A stretch of DNA of 64,000 nt from a virus. The notes under the pieces are model-generated. The model was not told the origin of the DNA, did no database searches, and saw nothing but the letters and a program-made list of their open reading frames with translations. Shown here piece by piece: positions 1-9,992 of this stretch (its first letter is position 1; each line of letters opens with the position of its first letter). A program made the translations under genes and the position numbers. The stretch lies in IMG/VR virus record IMGVR_UViG_3300017917_001562, positions 32,001 to 96,000 of that record. One strand, given 5' to 3'.

Positions 1-1
1 C

Positions 2-1228
2 CGAGAACCTGCACAGAACTTTGAGCAGTATATAGATACCAGTGCTGGCACCGGGAAATACATTCCACTAACCTTAGACCAGCATTGGAATTCAGAACAC
101 ATGAAAAGCGTTCGTCGTCGTATGATGGCTGGAGAGACATTACTCGAATGTGAAGTATGTAACGACAAACTTTTAAATACAGCCGTTTACCGTAGTTATT
201 TTGATCACCTCTTCGGTCATAAATATTTTGAAGCAATGCAGGCAACTGATGCTACAGGTTATACTACAATGAAGCCTGTTAGTTGGGATTACAGATTTAG
301 TAATCTTTGCAATTTCAAATGCCGCATGTGTGGAGACATGTTAAGCAGTGCTTGGGAAAGCGAGCAACGCCAACACAACATGATCAATTGGCATGATCCA
401 AAGAATAATTGGATGCAGCCTGAGATCAAACAACAAGTTGAACAATTTCAAGAAGGTCAAATAGAAGCCGAATTTTCGAAGGCAGTTGAAGAACACAGAG
501 TTGAAGAAGTGTACTGGGTTGGCGGCGAGCCTCTTATGTACGAGCAACACTGGCGTTACATGACTCGCATAATTGAATTAGGAGATGGACCAAATGTTTA
601 TGCTAGGTATAACACAAATCTCAGCAGAATTGATTACAAAGGTATTAATCTGTATAGGGATATTCTTACTAGGATTAGGGATTGGCAGGTATGTGCAAGC
701 CTCGATGGCACAGGCGCGATTGGTGAATACATTAGAACAGGCCTTAACTACAATCAGTGGCTTGAGAACTTCCGTACAGGAAATTCGTTCAGGCGTTACA
801 GTCGTCAGCAGAGAATTGACTTTACGCTCACTCTGCCGGGAATGTTTGAAGTTACAAAAATTGCAGAACTCGCTAGACAGGAAGAAGCTGAAGTCCTTGC
901 CAAAGTAATTTTTAGTTTTAGCCCGGACATAGTTATGTCACCTTTAGCCCTACCCAGGGAAATATTACATCCTTGGATAGACGAAATATTGAATGACTCT
1001 CTTGACGGTACCCATCGTCTAACCGGTCCTCTAAAGGATATCCTTGTCCAGCTAAAAACTAGACCTACTTTTGCGGAACAATGGCCAAATGAACATCGCG
1101 CAGCTATTGCAAAAGGCAAAGCTCGCGTGTTAAAATTAGAGCAAATCCGTACGCAATCGATTACCATGACTGATATTTTATCTAAGCGTCCGGAAGTACT
1201 AAAATGGTGGATGCAAATTGAAACTTGA
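2..1228 (+). CDS. Radical SAM protein (SPASM/twitch-type), 5' partial
   Basis: CNFKCRMC motif, GGEP, YNTN and SLDG motifs; frame is open to the window edge. Confidence 0.85.
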   Translation, partial: REPAQNFEQYIDTSAGTGKYIPLTLDQHWNSEHMKSVRRRMMAGETLLECEVCNDKLLNTAVYRSYFDHLFGHKYFEAMQATDATGYTTMKPVSWDYRFSNLCNFKCRMCGDMLSSAWESEQRQHNMINWHDPKNNWMQPEIKQQVEQFQEGQIEAEFSKAVEEHRVEEVYWVGGEPLMYEQHWRYMTRIIELGDGPNVYARYNTNLSRIDYKGINLYRDILTRIRDWQVCASLDGTGAIGEYIRTGLNYNQWLENFRTGNSFRRYSRQQRIDFTLTLPGMFEVTKIAELARQEEAEVLAKVIFSFSPDIVMSPLALPREILHPWIDEILNDSLDGTHRLTGPLKDILVQLKTRPTFAEQWPNEHRAAIAKGKARVLKLEQIRTQSITMTDILSKRPEVLKWWMQIET

Positions 1229-2303
1229 TGAAATAGAAATAGTGTTAACAGGTGAAAACCAAGACCCGTTAACAATTTACATAGATGTCTATGACAGCAG
1301 TCTGAGTCGAAAATGGCTTGCAGCTTTAAATGATCTAATAGCTAATAACTATCATTTAGAAAAAAATTACTGCTTTCACGGCTTTGTGGGAAACAAGCGC
1401 AATGGTTGGTACATACTAGATCAAGTTAACAAATCTATTGCCAAAATTAACGCAGCTAATTTAAATTATTATATTGATGATTATTTCACTATGGAAAATT
1501 GTATTACTGACGAAAATGTTAGTGACAAAATCGGTGTTCACACAAAAGGTAGGAATATTATTCAAAATAGATTAAATAGTCTGCACAGATATTTTGAAGA
1601 TCTGCAAGGAGTAAGCGGAAAAATGTCTCCTTACTATTTGCAATCAACTAAAGAAATTAAATGGCATATTAGACAACTTAACTTATTGTGTCACGAATTT
1701 GAAACATGGGCTATGAGCTATCGTAAAGAAATTGAAGCTCCAGAATGGATTAGACCTAGTCAATTAATGTGTTGGTTAAATGCTCCTAGATTTAAGTTAG
1801 ATGAAGCAGATTATGAACTTTTTGGAATTGATACTATTAGTAGACCCACAGGCGGTGTATTTGTTGGTGTAAACAAAGCCATCGGCAAACATCATTGGGA
1901 AGTTTTTCAAGATGAAGGTAGAGATAGTAGGATAAATGAACTAGTCACTTCTGCATTAAGATCACAAACAGAAGCTTCTGGCGATTTTGACATTGAGTGG
2001 GGGAAAGATCCTTCAAATTTTGAATGGCAAAAGAAAAAACTTGCCGCTTTCAAAGAATGGCTAGTAATTAATAATTTCAATCCTAACGATAAAAGTTTAA
2101 CAATTGGGCACCCTCAAGTAGGACAAGTTGATTTACAAAGAAGCTTTAGTACAGACAATGTGCCCAAACTTTGGTATGCTTTAACTCCCAGACTTAATGT
2201 CGCAAGTATAAAAACATCTAACTATTTCGCAGAATATCCTTATTCATGGGAAGATGCAGATTATGCACAAACTCAAATTAACTGTTTATGGCCACATAAA
2301 TAA
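1218..2303 (+). CDS. Hypothetical phage protein
   Basis: 361-aa ORF overlapping the upstream stop; no motif recognised. Confidence 0.75.
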   Translation: MKLDEIEIVLTGENQDPLTIYIDVYDSSLSRKWLAALNDLIANNYHLEKNYCFHGFVGNKRNGWYILDQVNKSIAKINAANLNYYIDDYFTMENCITDENVSDKIGVHTKGRNIIQNRLNSLHRYFEDLQGVSGKMSPYYLQSTKEIKWHIRQLNLLCHEFETWAMSYRKEIEAPEWIRPSQLMCWLNAPRFKLDEADYELFGIDTISRPTGGVFVGVNKAIGKHHWEVFQDEGRDSRINELVTSALRSQTEASGDFDIEWGKDPSNFEWQKKKLAAFKEWLVINNFNPNDKSLTIGHPQVGQVDLQRSFSTDNVPKLWYALTPRLNVASIKTSNYFAEYPYSWEDADYAQTQINCLWPHK

Positions 2304-2328
2304 TTAATATTTGTGAAAGAGCTAGTCA

Positions 2329-2430
2329 ATGAATTGGATTAGAAGTCTTATTTCCAGAATTCGTTTAGAAATAAAATATCGTAAAAAACTTAAAGAATTG
2401 AGAAAACGCGATCCTTTTATCTATAAGTAA
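2329..2430 (+). CDS. 33-aa basic peptide ending DPFIYK, carbamoyltransferase-associated (SxtK-like C-terminus)
   Basis: Read manually as MNWIRSLISRIRLEIKYRKKLKELRKRDPFIYK*; its stop abuts the next ATG; TAAATA upstream. Confidence 0.6.
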   Translation: MNWIRSLISRIRLEIKYRKKLKELRKRDPFIYK

Positions 2431-3906
2431 ATGAATATTCTAGGTATCAGCGCAGGATTTCACGATGCGGCCGCAGCTGTGATAAATGACAACGGCGATA
2501 TTTTATTTGCCGCACACAGCGAAAGATACAGCAAATATAAACACGACAGACACATCAATCAGGGATTAATTGATGATGTACTGCGCTTCAATCCTAAAGT
2601 TGTTGCATACTACGAAAATCCTTTGCAAAAACAATTAAGACAACTATACGCAGGACAAGGATTTGACCTACACAATTGGCGTCTAAGTCAGGTACTTACA
2701 AATGAAACTGGTGGCTGGTTTAAAGGTTTAAAAACCCGCAGTTACAATCATCATCTTAGTCATGCAGCTGCAGGATTTCAAACTAGTCCATTTGACCGCG
2801 CTACAGTAGTAGTAATAGACGCAATAGGTGAATGGGACACTATTAGTATTTGGGCCGCAGAATATAAAAATGGTCGTGCCAAATATCGTAAATTATGGAG
2901 TCAGCGTTATCCACACAGCATAGGTTTATTTTATACAGCAATGACTAAACGAGTTGGTCTTAAACCCTTAGATGAAGAATATATTTTAATGGGAATGGCC
3001 GCATTAGGTAAAGATATAGATAGAAATTTAATGCAAAGTGTTTTAGTAGAAGACGAATACAAAATTAAATTTAGAAACAATTTGCATTTGGGCGTAGACG
3101 AAACTTTTCTAAGAGCAGCCGATCCAATGGACATTGCAGCTAGCACACAAAGTCTTACTGAAGACTTAATACTTAATGTTATTAAAAGAGCGCAAGACTT
3201 TAAATACAGTTCAAATCTGGTGTACATGGGCGGTGTAGCTCTTAATTGTACAGCAAATAGATTGTTAGGAAATTATTTTGATGACATATGGATTATGCCT
3301 AATCCTGGTGATGCTGGAAGTAGTCTTGGCGCTGCAGCTTTGGCTTATGGGGGTAGAATTAACTTTAACACTGCTTTTCTTGGGCACTGTATTAGTGGTC
3401 CTTACCCTGTTGCTAATCTTCTTGATGAGTTACTGGATAATAAAATCGTTGGAGTCGCTTCGGGACGAGCAGAGTTCGGTCCCAGGGCCCTCGGAAACAG
3501 AAGTCTTTTGGCAGACCCTCGAGGATACGAAATCAAAGATAGAGTTAATGGGATTAAGCGTAGACAGATGTTTAGGCCGTTTGCGCCAATTATTCTCGAA
3601 GAACTAGTTAACGACTATTTCGAAATGCCACCAGGCTGGCACAACAGTCGCTACATGCAAGTTGTGGCAAAATGCCGAAGACCAGATTTATTTCCTGCTA
3701 TCGTTCACGCAGACGGAACCAGCAGAGTCCAAACAGTGCCTAATAACGGTTCAGGTATTCGAAAGCTATTAGAACAATGGCTAATAATGACAGACTGTCC
3801 TATGTTACTCAATACTAGTTTGAATATTCGTGGTGAACCAATGGTAAATGACAGGGCAGACGCTGATAGATTCGAAAAGCTATACAAAGTCAAAGTTTGC
3901 TCATGA
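2431..3906 (+). CDS. Carbamoyltransferase (NodU/CmcH/TobZ family)
   Basis: HDAAAA, HHLSHAA, GGVALN, EFGPRALGNRS, RPFAP and NTSLN motifs. Confidence 0.92.
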   Translation: MNILGISAGFHDAAAAVINDNGDILFAAHSERYSKYKHDRHINQGLIDDVLRFNPKVVAYYENPLQKQLRQLYAGQGFDLHNWRLSQVLTNETGGWFKGLKTRSYNHHLSHAAAGFQTSPFDRATVVVIDAIGEWDTISIWAAEYKNGRAKYRKLWSQRYPHSIGLFYTAMTKRVGLKPLDEEYILMGMAALGKDIDRNLMQSVLVEDEYKIKFRNNLHLGVDETFLRAADPMDIAASTQSLTEDLILNVIKRAQDFKYSSNLVYMGGVALNCTANRLLGNYFDDIWIMPNPGDAGSSLGAAALAYGGRINFNTAFLGHCISGPYPVANLLDELLDNKIVGVASGRAEFGPRALGNRSLLADPRGYEIKDRVNGIKRRQMFRPFAPIILEELVNDYFEMPPGWHNSRYMQVVAKCRRPDLFPAIVHADGTSRVQTVPNNGSGIRKLLEQWLIMTDCPMLLNTSLNIRGEPMVNDRADADRFEKLYKVKVCS

Positions 3907-4106
3907 CCGAATCAAATAAAAGAAGTTTAATTAAAACGATAAGTTGGCGCTTGACAGGATCCAGTGCAACCTTTATAATAACATATTTAATAGCTGGCGA
4001 TTTTGCAATCGCTGGCACTGTTGCTGTGATACAAATTATAGCTAATACTTTGCTTTATTATGTACACGAACGACTATGGAATAAAATCAATTGGGGCAGA
4101 AAGTGA
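3903..4106 (+). CDS. Small membrane protein (DUF2061-like)
   Basis: KTISWR...YYVHERLW pattern. Confidence 0.7.
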   Translation: MTESNKRSLIKTISWRLTGSSATFIITYLIAGDFAIAGTVAVIQIIANTLLYYVHERLWNKINWGRK

Positions 4107-4540
4107 TTAAAAAAATATTAATTATGGGACTACCAGGTAGTGGTAAAAGTACACTAGCAGAACCTTTTGCTAAAGCAATTAACGGCGTTTGGCTCAATGC
4201 CGACAAAGTTAGAACAGAATACGATGATTGGGATTTTAGTCCTGAGGGACGAATTCGTCAGGCACTGCGTATGAAATATTTGGCAGATGGTGTTGTTAAA
4301 GCGGGAAAGATTGCTGTAGCTGATTTTGTTTGCCCTACAGAAAAAGCTCGCCAAGAATTTGCCGCAGACTATGTAGTATGGATGGATACTATTAAAGAAG
4401 GAAGATTTGAAGATACAAACAAGATGTTTGAACCTCCTAGCCACTGTGATTATCATGTAAGCGAATGGTTTAATGATACTCATGATCAACTTTTAAACAT
4501 GCTGATTGCTTACCATAAACTGAAAATTAAAAATGTTTGA
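4103..4540 (+). CDS. cysC: Adenylylsulfate kinase-like P-loop kinase
   Basis: GLPGSGKST, NADKVR, DFSPEGR and FEPP motifs. Confidence 0.75.
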   Translation: MIKKILIMGLPGSGKSTLAEPFAKAINGVWLNADKVRTEYDDWDFSPEGRIRQALRMKYLADGVVKAGKIAVADFVCPTEKARQEFAADYVVWMDTIKEGRFEDTNKMFEPPSHCDYHVSEWFNDTHDQLLNMLIAYHKLKIKNV

Positions 4541-4943
4541 TACTAAAAAACCAACAACACAGCTATTAGGCCGTTGGCAACCATGGCACCCAGGCCATAC
4601 AGCACTATTCAAAAAAGCACTGTTAGAAACAGGACAAGTTTGTATTATGGTGCGTGATGTTGGCGGTATTGTTGGATCAGATGCTGGCGCAGGAAGAACT
4701 GTTGCTCAAGACGATAATCCTTTTGACAGTGACACTGTAAGAAATAACATCATTGAAGCACTAAGTAAAGAAGGTTTTATGTACAATCATGATTATATAA
4801 TTATGTTTGTACCTAACATTGTAGACATCAGTTATGGCCGCGGGGTTGGGTATACATTTACGCAACATGACTTAGGCGAAGAAATACACAGCATTAGTGC
4901 TACTCAAATTAGAGCAAAGCTGAGAGCCGAAGGTAAACTGTGA
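4533..4943 (+). CDS. HxGH nucleotidyltransferase (cytidyltransferase-like)
   Basis: GRWQPWHPGH and ISATQIR motifs. Confidence 0.75.
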   Translation: MFDTKKPTTQLLGRWQPWHPGHTALFKKALLETGQVCIMVRDVGGIVGSDAGAGRTVAQDDNPFDSDTVRNNIIEALSKEGFMYNHDYIIMFVPNIVDISYGRGVGYTFTQHDLGEEIHSISATQIRAKLRAEGKL

Positions 4944-5374
4944 AACAAAAATTTCTAAAAGCATTTATGCAGACAGCAAAAACTTTTGCTGAACTTAGTC
5001 ATGCTCGCAGACTGCATGTGGGTGCTATTGTTGTTAAGGATGATAGAATTATCAGTATCGGTTATAATGGCATGCCTGCAGGGTGGGATAACGATTGCGA
5101 GAATCTAGTAGGATACGATCGTGGTGAGCCAGTACTGAAAACTAAACAAGAAGTTCTTCACGCCGAAACAAACGCCATCAGCAAATTAGCCCGTAGTAGT
5201 GAAAGCGGAGAAGGTGCTACTATGTTCATCACGCATAGTCCCTGCATAGAATGTGCTAAACTAATTTACCAAAGTGGTATTAGCAAAGTATACTACGGAC
5301 AACAATACCGTGATGATCAAGGTGTAAAGTTTTTAGAAAAATGCAACATTGAAATTCAACAATTAGATGTTTGA
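4940..5374 (+). CDS. dCMP deaminase
   Basis: GYNG, HAE and PCIEC zinc motifs. Confidence 0.92.
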   Translation: MKQKFLKAFMQTAKTFAELSHARRLHVGAIVVKDDRIISIGYNGMPAGWDNDCENLVGYDRGEPVLKTKQEVLHAETNAISKLARSSESGEGATMFITHSPCIECAKLIYQSGISKVYYGQQYRDDQGVKFLEKCNIEIQQLDV

Positions 5375-7007
5375 TGTATTTTATACAGGCCCTAAGCCTA
5401 ATCTATTTGCCTTTGAAAAACCAGTAGCTGATATCGATGCTGCTAAAGCACAGGCACGAACAGAATATTTTTGGTTAATAGACGGCAACAACGACTACAC
5501 TGATTTTGATTGGTCATGGCGCCCTTTGCCCTACGAGCAAGATCATACTCATGTGTGGCCCAGTCAATGGCAGGAAAATGGGGGGACTTGTTTTGTACCT
5601 ACTAACTGTAGCGAATACAAATGGCACTGGCGAGACGATGTTGGTGTTGTTAATAAAAAACAAAGTGCGCCCATTTATTACATAGACTTTAATAATCAAG
5701 AAAGCCAACCTCAACTTAAGACTTTAAAGTCAAAGTGGACTGTGGCCAATTCAACAAGATATGTTGACAGTCACTTAAATGTCATAAAGCGTATTGTAAA
5801 CACTGCTGACAGTGAATATGTGTGGATTACTAGCAGCATCTGTGACTATTCAACCTTTGATTTTACTTGGCATCCTGCACAATGGCAAGAACAAATGATT
5901 CATTGCTTTGGCGGCAATATTCAACCAAGGGGTGATACATTTTATATACATGTTGAATCTTTCAAACAGCAGATGTATGACTTAGAAATATTAGATTGGT
6001 TTAATGTCATAAACTATGTAGAACTCATACATGTAACTAGATTTGACTGGCCTACTCACTACTACACGGGTGATAATCTAGTAGAAGAAATAAAAAACTA
6101 TAAATTTACTACACCTTATGCTGTCTTTACTAATCAGCAAGATTGTTATCCTTATACTAACACTTGTTTATGGTCAGAAAAAGACAGAGTAGTAGAATCT
6201 TTTGCGTCTAGCAATGCAATCTGTGTGATACCTCGTGATGCTAAATCATATATAAAGACACAAGTCTATGATTATCCTTACATTAATACTACTCAAAGAT
6301 TGTATTTTGGAGAACAACCATTGGATATAGTTTATATTAGTAACGGTGAACCTAATGAACAAGACTATTGGGATTACTTAAATTATAAGACTAGTGCTAA
6401 TTTTTACACAGGACAAATACATTGGGTTAAAGGTGTAAATGGCAGAGACGCTGCGTATAAGGCTGCAGCAGAAACAAGTACTACACCTTGGTTCTTTGCG
6501 GTGTTTGCAAAACTGCGTGTAACTCCTAACTTTGACTTTAAATGGCAACCTGATTATTTTCAAGAACCCAAACATTATATCTTTCATGCTCATAATCCCC
6601 TTAATGGATTAGAGTATGGACATCAAGCAATGATTGCTTATAATAAAAATCTTGTGCTGACTACAGAAGAAACAGGGTTAGATTTTACACTTAGTGCGCC
6701 TCATGAAGTGGTGCCTATATTAAGTGGTATAGCTGAATTTAATCAAGATGCTTGGATGACTTGGCGCACTGCGTTTAGAGAAGTTATCAAGCTAAAACAT
6801 TTTTCTAACACAGCACCAACTGTAGAAAACGAATACAGACTGAAAAAGTGGTTAACAGTTGCTCAAGGACAGTATGCTGGGTATTGTTTAGCCGGCGCCC
6901 GAGATGCCGTTGAATATTATGATTCAGTTAACGGAGATTTTGATAAGTTGAAATTAACTTACGAATGGGCTTGGTTGCGAGAATATTTTAATAGTAGAAA
7001 TCTTTAA
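5367..7007 (+). CDS. Glycosyltransferase-like protein with internally repeated domains
   Basis: Three FDWSW/FDFTW/FDFKW-P repeats; AWMTWRTAFRE C-terminus. Confidence 0.5.
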   Translation: MFDVFYTGPKPNLFAFEKPVADIDAAKAQARTEYFWLIDGNNDYTDFDWSWRPLPYEQDHTHVWPSQWQENGGTCFVPTNCSEYKWHWRDDVGVVNKKQSAPIYYIDFNNQESQPQLKTLKSKWTVANSTRYVDSHLNVIKRIVNTADSEYVWITSSICDYSTFDFTWHPAQWQEQMIHCFGGNIQPRGDTFYIHVESFKQQMYDLEILDWFNVINYVELIHVTRFDWPTHYYTGDNLVEEIKNYKFTTPYAVFTNQQDCYPYTNTCLWSEKDRVVESFASSNAICVIPRDAKSYIKTQVYDYPYINTTQRLYFGEQPLDIVYISNGEPNEQDYWDYLNYKTSANFYTGQIHWVKGVNGRDAAYKAAAETSTTPWFFAVFAKLRVTPNFDFKWQPDYFQEPKHYIFHAHNPLNGLEYGHQAMIAYNKNLVLTTEETGLDFTLSAPHEVVPILSGIAEFNQDAWMTWRTAFREVIKLKHFSNTAPTVENEYRLKKWLTVAQGQYAGYCLAGARDAVEYYDSVNGDFDKLKLTYEWAWLREYFNSRNL

Positions 7008-8097
7008 CAGCTTCTACTATAGTTTCAACTTCACTGTCAGTTAATTCAGGATATATTGGCAAACTTAAACATTCTGTGCAAAAAGCACTTGCTTGTCTGT
7101 ATAATTCACTGGCATAGTTGATATAAGGATAACCAACAGCATATTCATACAACGGCCTATCATAGTGTACTTTGCTTTCAATACCTGCTCGGCTTAAATG
7201 TAAACGCAGGGCTGACCTATCATTGCATTTGATCACATACTTACTCCACGCATGAACAGTGCCATTTGTAGTCAATGGCACATCTACATATAATTTTAAT
7301 GTTTCGTTATAATAGTCAGCAATTTGTTGTCTACGAGCTTGCCATTTGTTAAAGTATTTTAACTTAACTAACATTTGGGCACAGTCACTTTCGCTCATCT
7401 TGCTGTTAGTACCAGGATTTTCATGGTCTAAAGATTTGCCATTGTCTCTAAGATCTCGTAACAGTTTAGCATCTGCTAAGTTATCTACTAAGACCATACC
7501 ACCGGAACCGTAATTGTTTAAGTTCTTGGTAGGATCAAAACTTAATACACTGACTGTACCCAAGCTACCACTAGGTTGATCTCTATAGCTAGCCCCAAAG
7601 CTCTGTGCCGCATCTTCAATTATTTTAATGTTGTTATTAAAAAATTCAGTTAATAATTTAAATCTATCGTAGTCTACAGTGTTACCAAATAAGTTAGCGT
7701 ACATAATGCCACCTACCCCTGCACCTTTTAATGCATAGTCCATGCTTTCTAAATCTATTAATGCTTGGTCATCTACATCACATAACACAGGTTCGTTACC
7801 GTTTAGCAAAACGGAATTAATTGTAGCTACAAAACTGACAGTGGGTATTAATATCTTTGTGTTTTCAGCAAATAAGAGTTGTTGTGCAAAGATAAGGCCT
7901 TGGGTACAACTGTTAACAGCCACAGCATATCTACGACCGCATCTTAGTGCTATTTGTCTTTCGAATTCTTCAGTGAAATGGCCATCTAGCACTTGTCCAC
8001 TGGCATACACACGATCTGTTGCATCTAACAGTTCGTCTCGTAGATTTTGATATTGTCGCTTAATACCAAAAAAAGGAATTATAATTTTTTCTGCCAA
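6988..8097 (-). CDS. DegT/DnrJ/EryC1/StrS sugar aminotransferase
   Basis: EDAAQS, SFDPTKNL and LSLPIYP motifs. Confidence 0.9.
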   Translation of the reverse strand: MAEKIIIPFFGIKRQYQNLRDELLDATDRVYASGQVLDGHFTEEFERQIALRCGRRYAVAVNSCTQGLIFAQQLLFAENTKILIPTVSFVATINSVLLNGNEPVLCDVDDQALIDLESMDYALKGAGVGGIMYANLFGNTVDYDRFKLLTEFFNNNIKIIEDAAQSFGASYRDQPSGSLGTVSVLSFDPTKNLNNYGSGGMVLVDNLADAKLLRDLRDNGKSLDHENPGTNSKMSESDCAQMLVKLKYFNKWQARRQQIADYYNETLKLYVDVPLTTNGTVHAWSKYVIKCNDRSALRLHLSRAGIESKVHYDRPLYEYAVGYPYINYASELYRQASAFCTECLSLPIYPELTDSEVETIVEAVKDFYY

Positions 8098-9041
8098 TAT
8101 GTACTCGATTTAAACCAATTATAATATCTTTCAAATCCTTCGTCAACATCTACTTTAGGATCATATCCAAAGTCATGACGAGCAGCAGTGATGTTTAATG
8201 CACCGCGGCTTGGGAAATCTTGATCTTTATCGCGAACTTCAATGGTACCTTGTCCGGCAATTTTAACTGCTAGCTTGGCAGCATCTAACAATGTATAACT
8301 ATGGCTTTTGGTTATATTGTAAGTTTTGTTAACTGCTCGATCACTTAAAGTTGCTTGTGCTATACCGCGGGCCGCATCTTCTACATAAGTAAAATCTAAA
8401 GATTCGTTTGCACCATTTACTTTAAGCACACCACCACGCATAGCAGTTAGCATAAACTTGGATACTACGCGATCCTCAACATCATACTCACCATAAACAG
8501 CACTGGGACGAATGATTACATGATCAAAACATCCTCGTCTGGTATAATCTTTAGTTAGCCATTCTCCGGCTAACTTCATAATACCATATTGTCCCTGCGG
8601 GTTACAATTTGCTTGTTCAGATACATCGTCAGTAAAGTCACCGTAGACCATACTACTGCTGATATAAACAAACTTTTTTATTTTATGTATGCGTCCTGCT
8701 TCTAATAAGTTAATTAATCCAGTGGTCATTACTTCACTAGCTAAACTAGGATTGCTGTTAACTACTTTTTGTCTAGGAAAGCTAGCAAGATGAATTACTA
8801 CTTGCGGATGAAATGTCATAAACATATTTTCGACGCTGGTACGATTCGTAATGTCTACAGCATGTATGCTGGCGTTTATTCTACGCTTACGCTCTTGTTT
8901 TAGATAATCTAATTCGTCTTTGGGAATAAATCCGTAGTTAGTAAAAGTATCAATGACATAGCATTGATGCCCCTGTTGTTCTAAAAATCTAACAACATTG
9001 TGTCCAATAAAGCCACCGCCGCCTGTTATGAGTATTCTCAT
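8079..9041 (-). CDS. NAD-dependent sugar epimerase/dehydratase
   Basis: TGGGGFIG, SSSMVYG and YGIMK (YxxxK) motifs. Confidence 0.9.
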   Translation of the reverse strand: MRILITGGGGFIGHNVVRFLEQQGHQCYVIDTFTNYGFIPKDELDYLKQERKRRINASIHAVDITNRTSVENMFMTFHPQVVIHLASFPRQKVVNSNPSLASEVMTTGLINLLEAGRIHKIKKFVYISSSMVYGDFTDDVSEQANCNPQGQYGIMKLAGEWLTKDYTRRGCFDHVIIRPSAVYGEYDVEDRVVSKFMLTAMRGGVLKVNGANESLDFTYVEDAARGIAQATLSDRAVNKTYNITKSHSYTLLDAAKLAVKIAGQGTIEVRDKDQDFPSRGALNITAARHDFGYDPKVDVDEGFERYYNWFKSSTYWQKKL

Positions 9042-9042
9042 A

Positions 9043-9384
9043 TTATCCCCATTTTAATTTGAAATAAGTAATATCTTCTGCTCGAAGTTTAGCACTTATG
9101 GCAAATTGGTATCCAAATGTTACGAGATCAGCATGTTTGTGCCAGACTGGAGGTTCTATAGCATGTTCCATGATCCATTTACCTGCTTCACTTTGTTGCC
9201 ATTGCCATAACGGTTCTCCTGCGTACAATACAGGATCTTCGACATCGCTCATTTGAAATTTGTGAACTACAATTTCTTTAATTTCTTGTATTTTAACTTG
9301 ACCGTCGACCGTTACTTCGCGGAAACTGTGCTCCAACTTGTAAGGTTCACTAATTAAATCATATTGGTTTTTAGTGTAAGCCAT
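9043..9384 (-). CDS. Small protein, orphan member of the LxW C-terminal family
   Basis: Ends EDITYFKLKWG. Confidence 0.65.
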   Translation of the reverse strand: MAYTKNQYDLISEPYKLEHSFREVTVDGQVKIQEIKEIVVHKFQMSDVEDPVLYAGEPLWQWQQSEAGKWIMEHAIEPPVWHKHADLVTFGYQFAISAKLRAEDITYFKLKWG

Positions 9385-9385
9385 A

Positions 9386-9958
9386 TTATATTTCTTTAAT
9401 TTGAAACCCTTTAAAAACACCGCGAGACGGTATTTTCCCATTTCTCATTCTGTTAATAGTTGCATGGGTGTTAGGGATACTAACATTGAATTCTTTTGCA
9501 ATTTCTTTTAATCCCGCCACTATTTTAGTGGAGCCATTAGGATAATAAATTATATATTTTTTTGTATAGGAAAGTAACGATGGATCTATATTTTTAATCC
9601 AACTATTTTCTCCACTGTGCGCTTCTCTATTTTTTTGTATAGTTTCTTGTTTATGAGTTTTACCGAAGAATCCGTTTTTATCACCTGTCCTTGATTTAGC
9701 AGATTCTGACAATCTTCTTTTACCTTCGGGAGTCCAATTTTTTGGTCCTAATAATTTCATATAATTTGCTTCTTCGACGCCTATTTGTTTAGATAACGCC
9801 AAGTAAGCAATATGATCAAATTTATTGCCATATTGTTCATATAATTTTTTATGTGCTTCTGCGTGTTCTTCTATTGTTAGTTTAACTAAATTTTCGGGAT
9901 TATCTAAACCACCCATATGTTTAGGTACAATATGATGTATATGATAAATGGGCTTCAT
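9386..9958 (-). CDS. Free-standing HNH homing endonuclease with NUMOD3 motif
   Basis: HHIVPKHMGGLDNPENLVKLTIEEHAEAH and NGFFGKTHK motifs. Confidence 0.85.
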   Translation of the reverse strand: MKPIYHIHHIVPKHMGGLDNPENLVKLTIEEHAEAHKKLYEQYGNKFDHIAYLALSKQIGVEEANYMKLLGPKNWTPEGKRRLSESAKSRTGDKNGFFGKTHKQETIQKNREAHSGENSWIKNIDPSLLSYTKKYIIYYPNGSTKIVAGLKEIAKEFNVSIPNTHATINRMRNGKIPSRGVFKGFQIKEI

Positions 9959-9992
9959 ATTGTATTTAGTCTTTTAGGTGTACCTTTTAATA

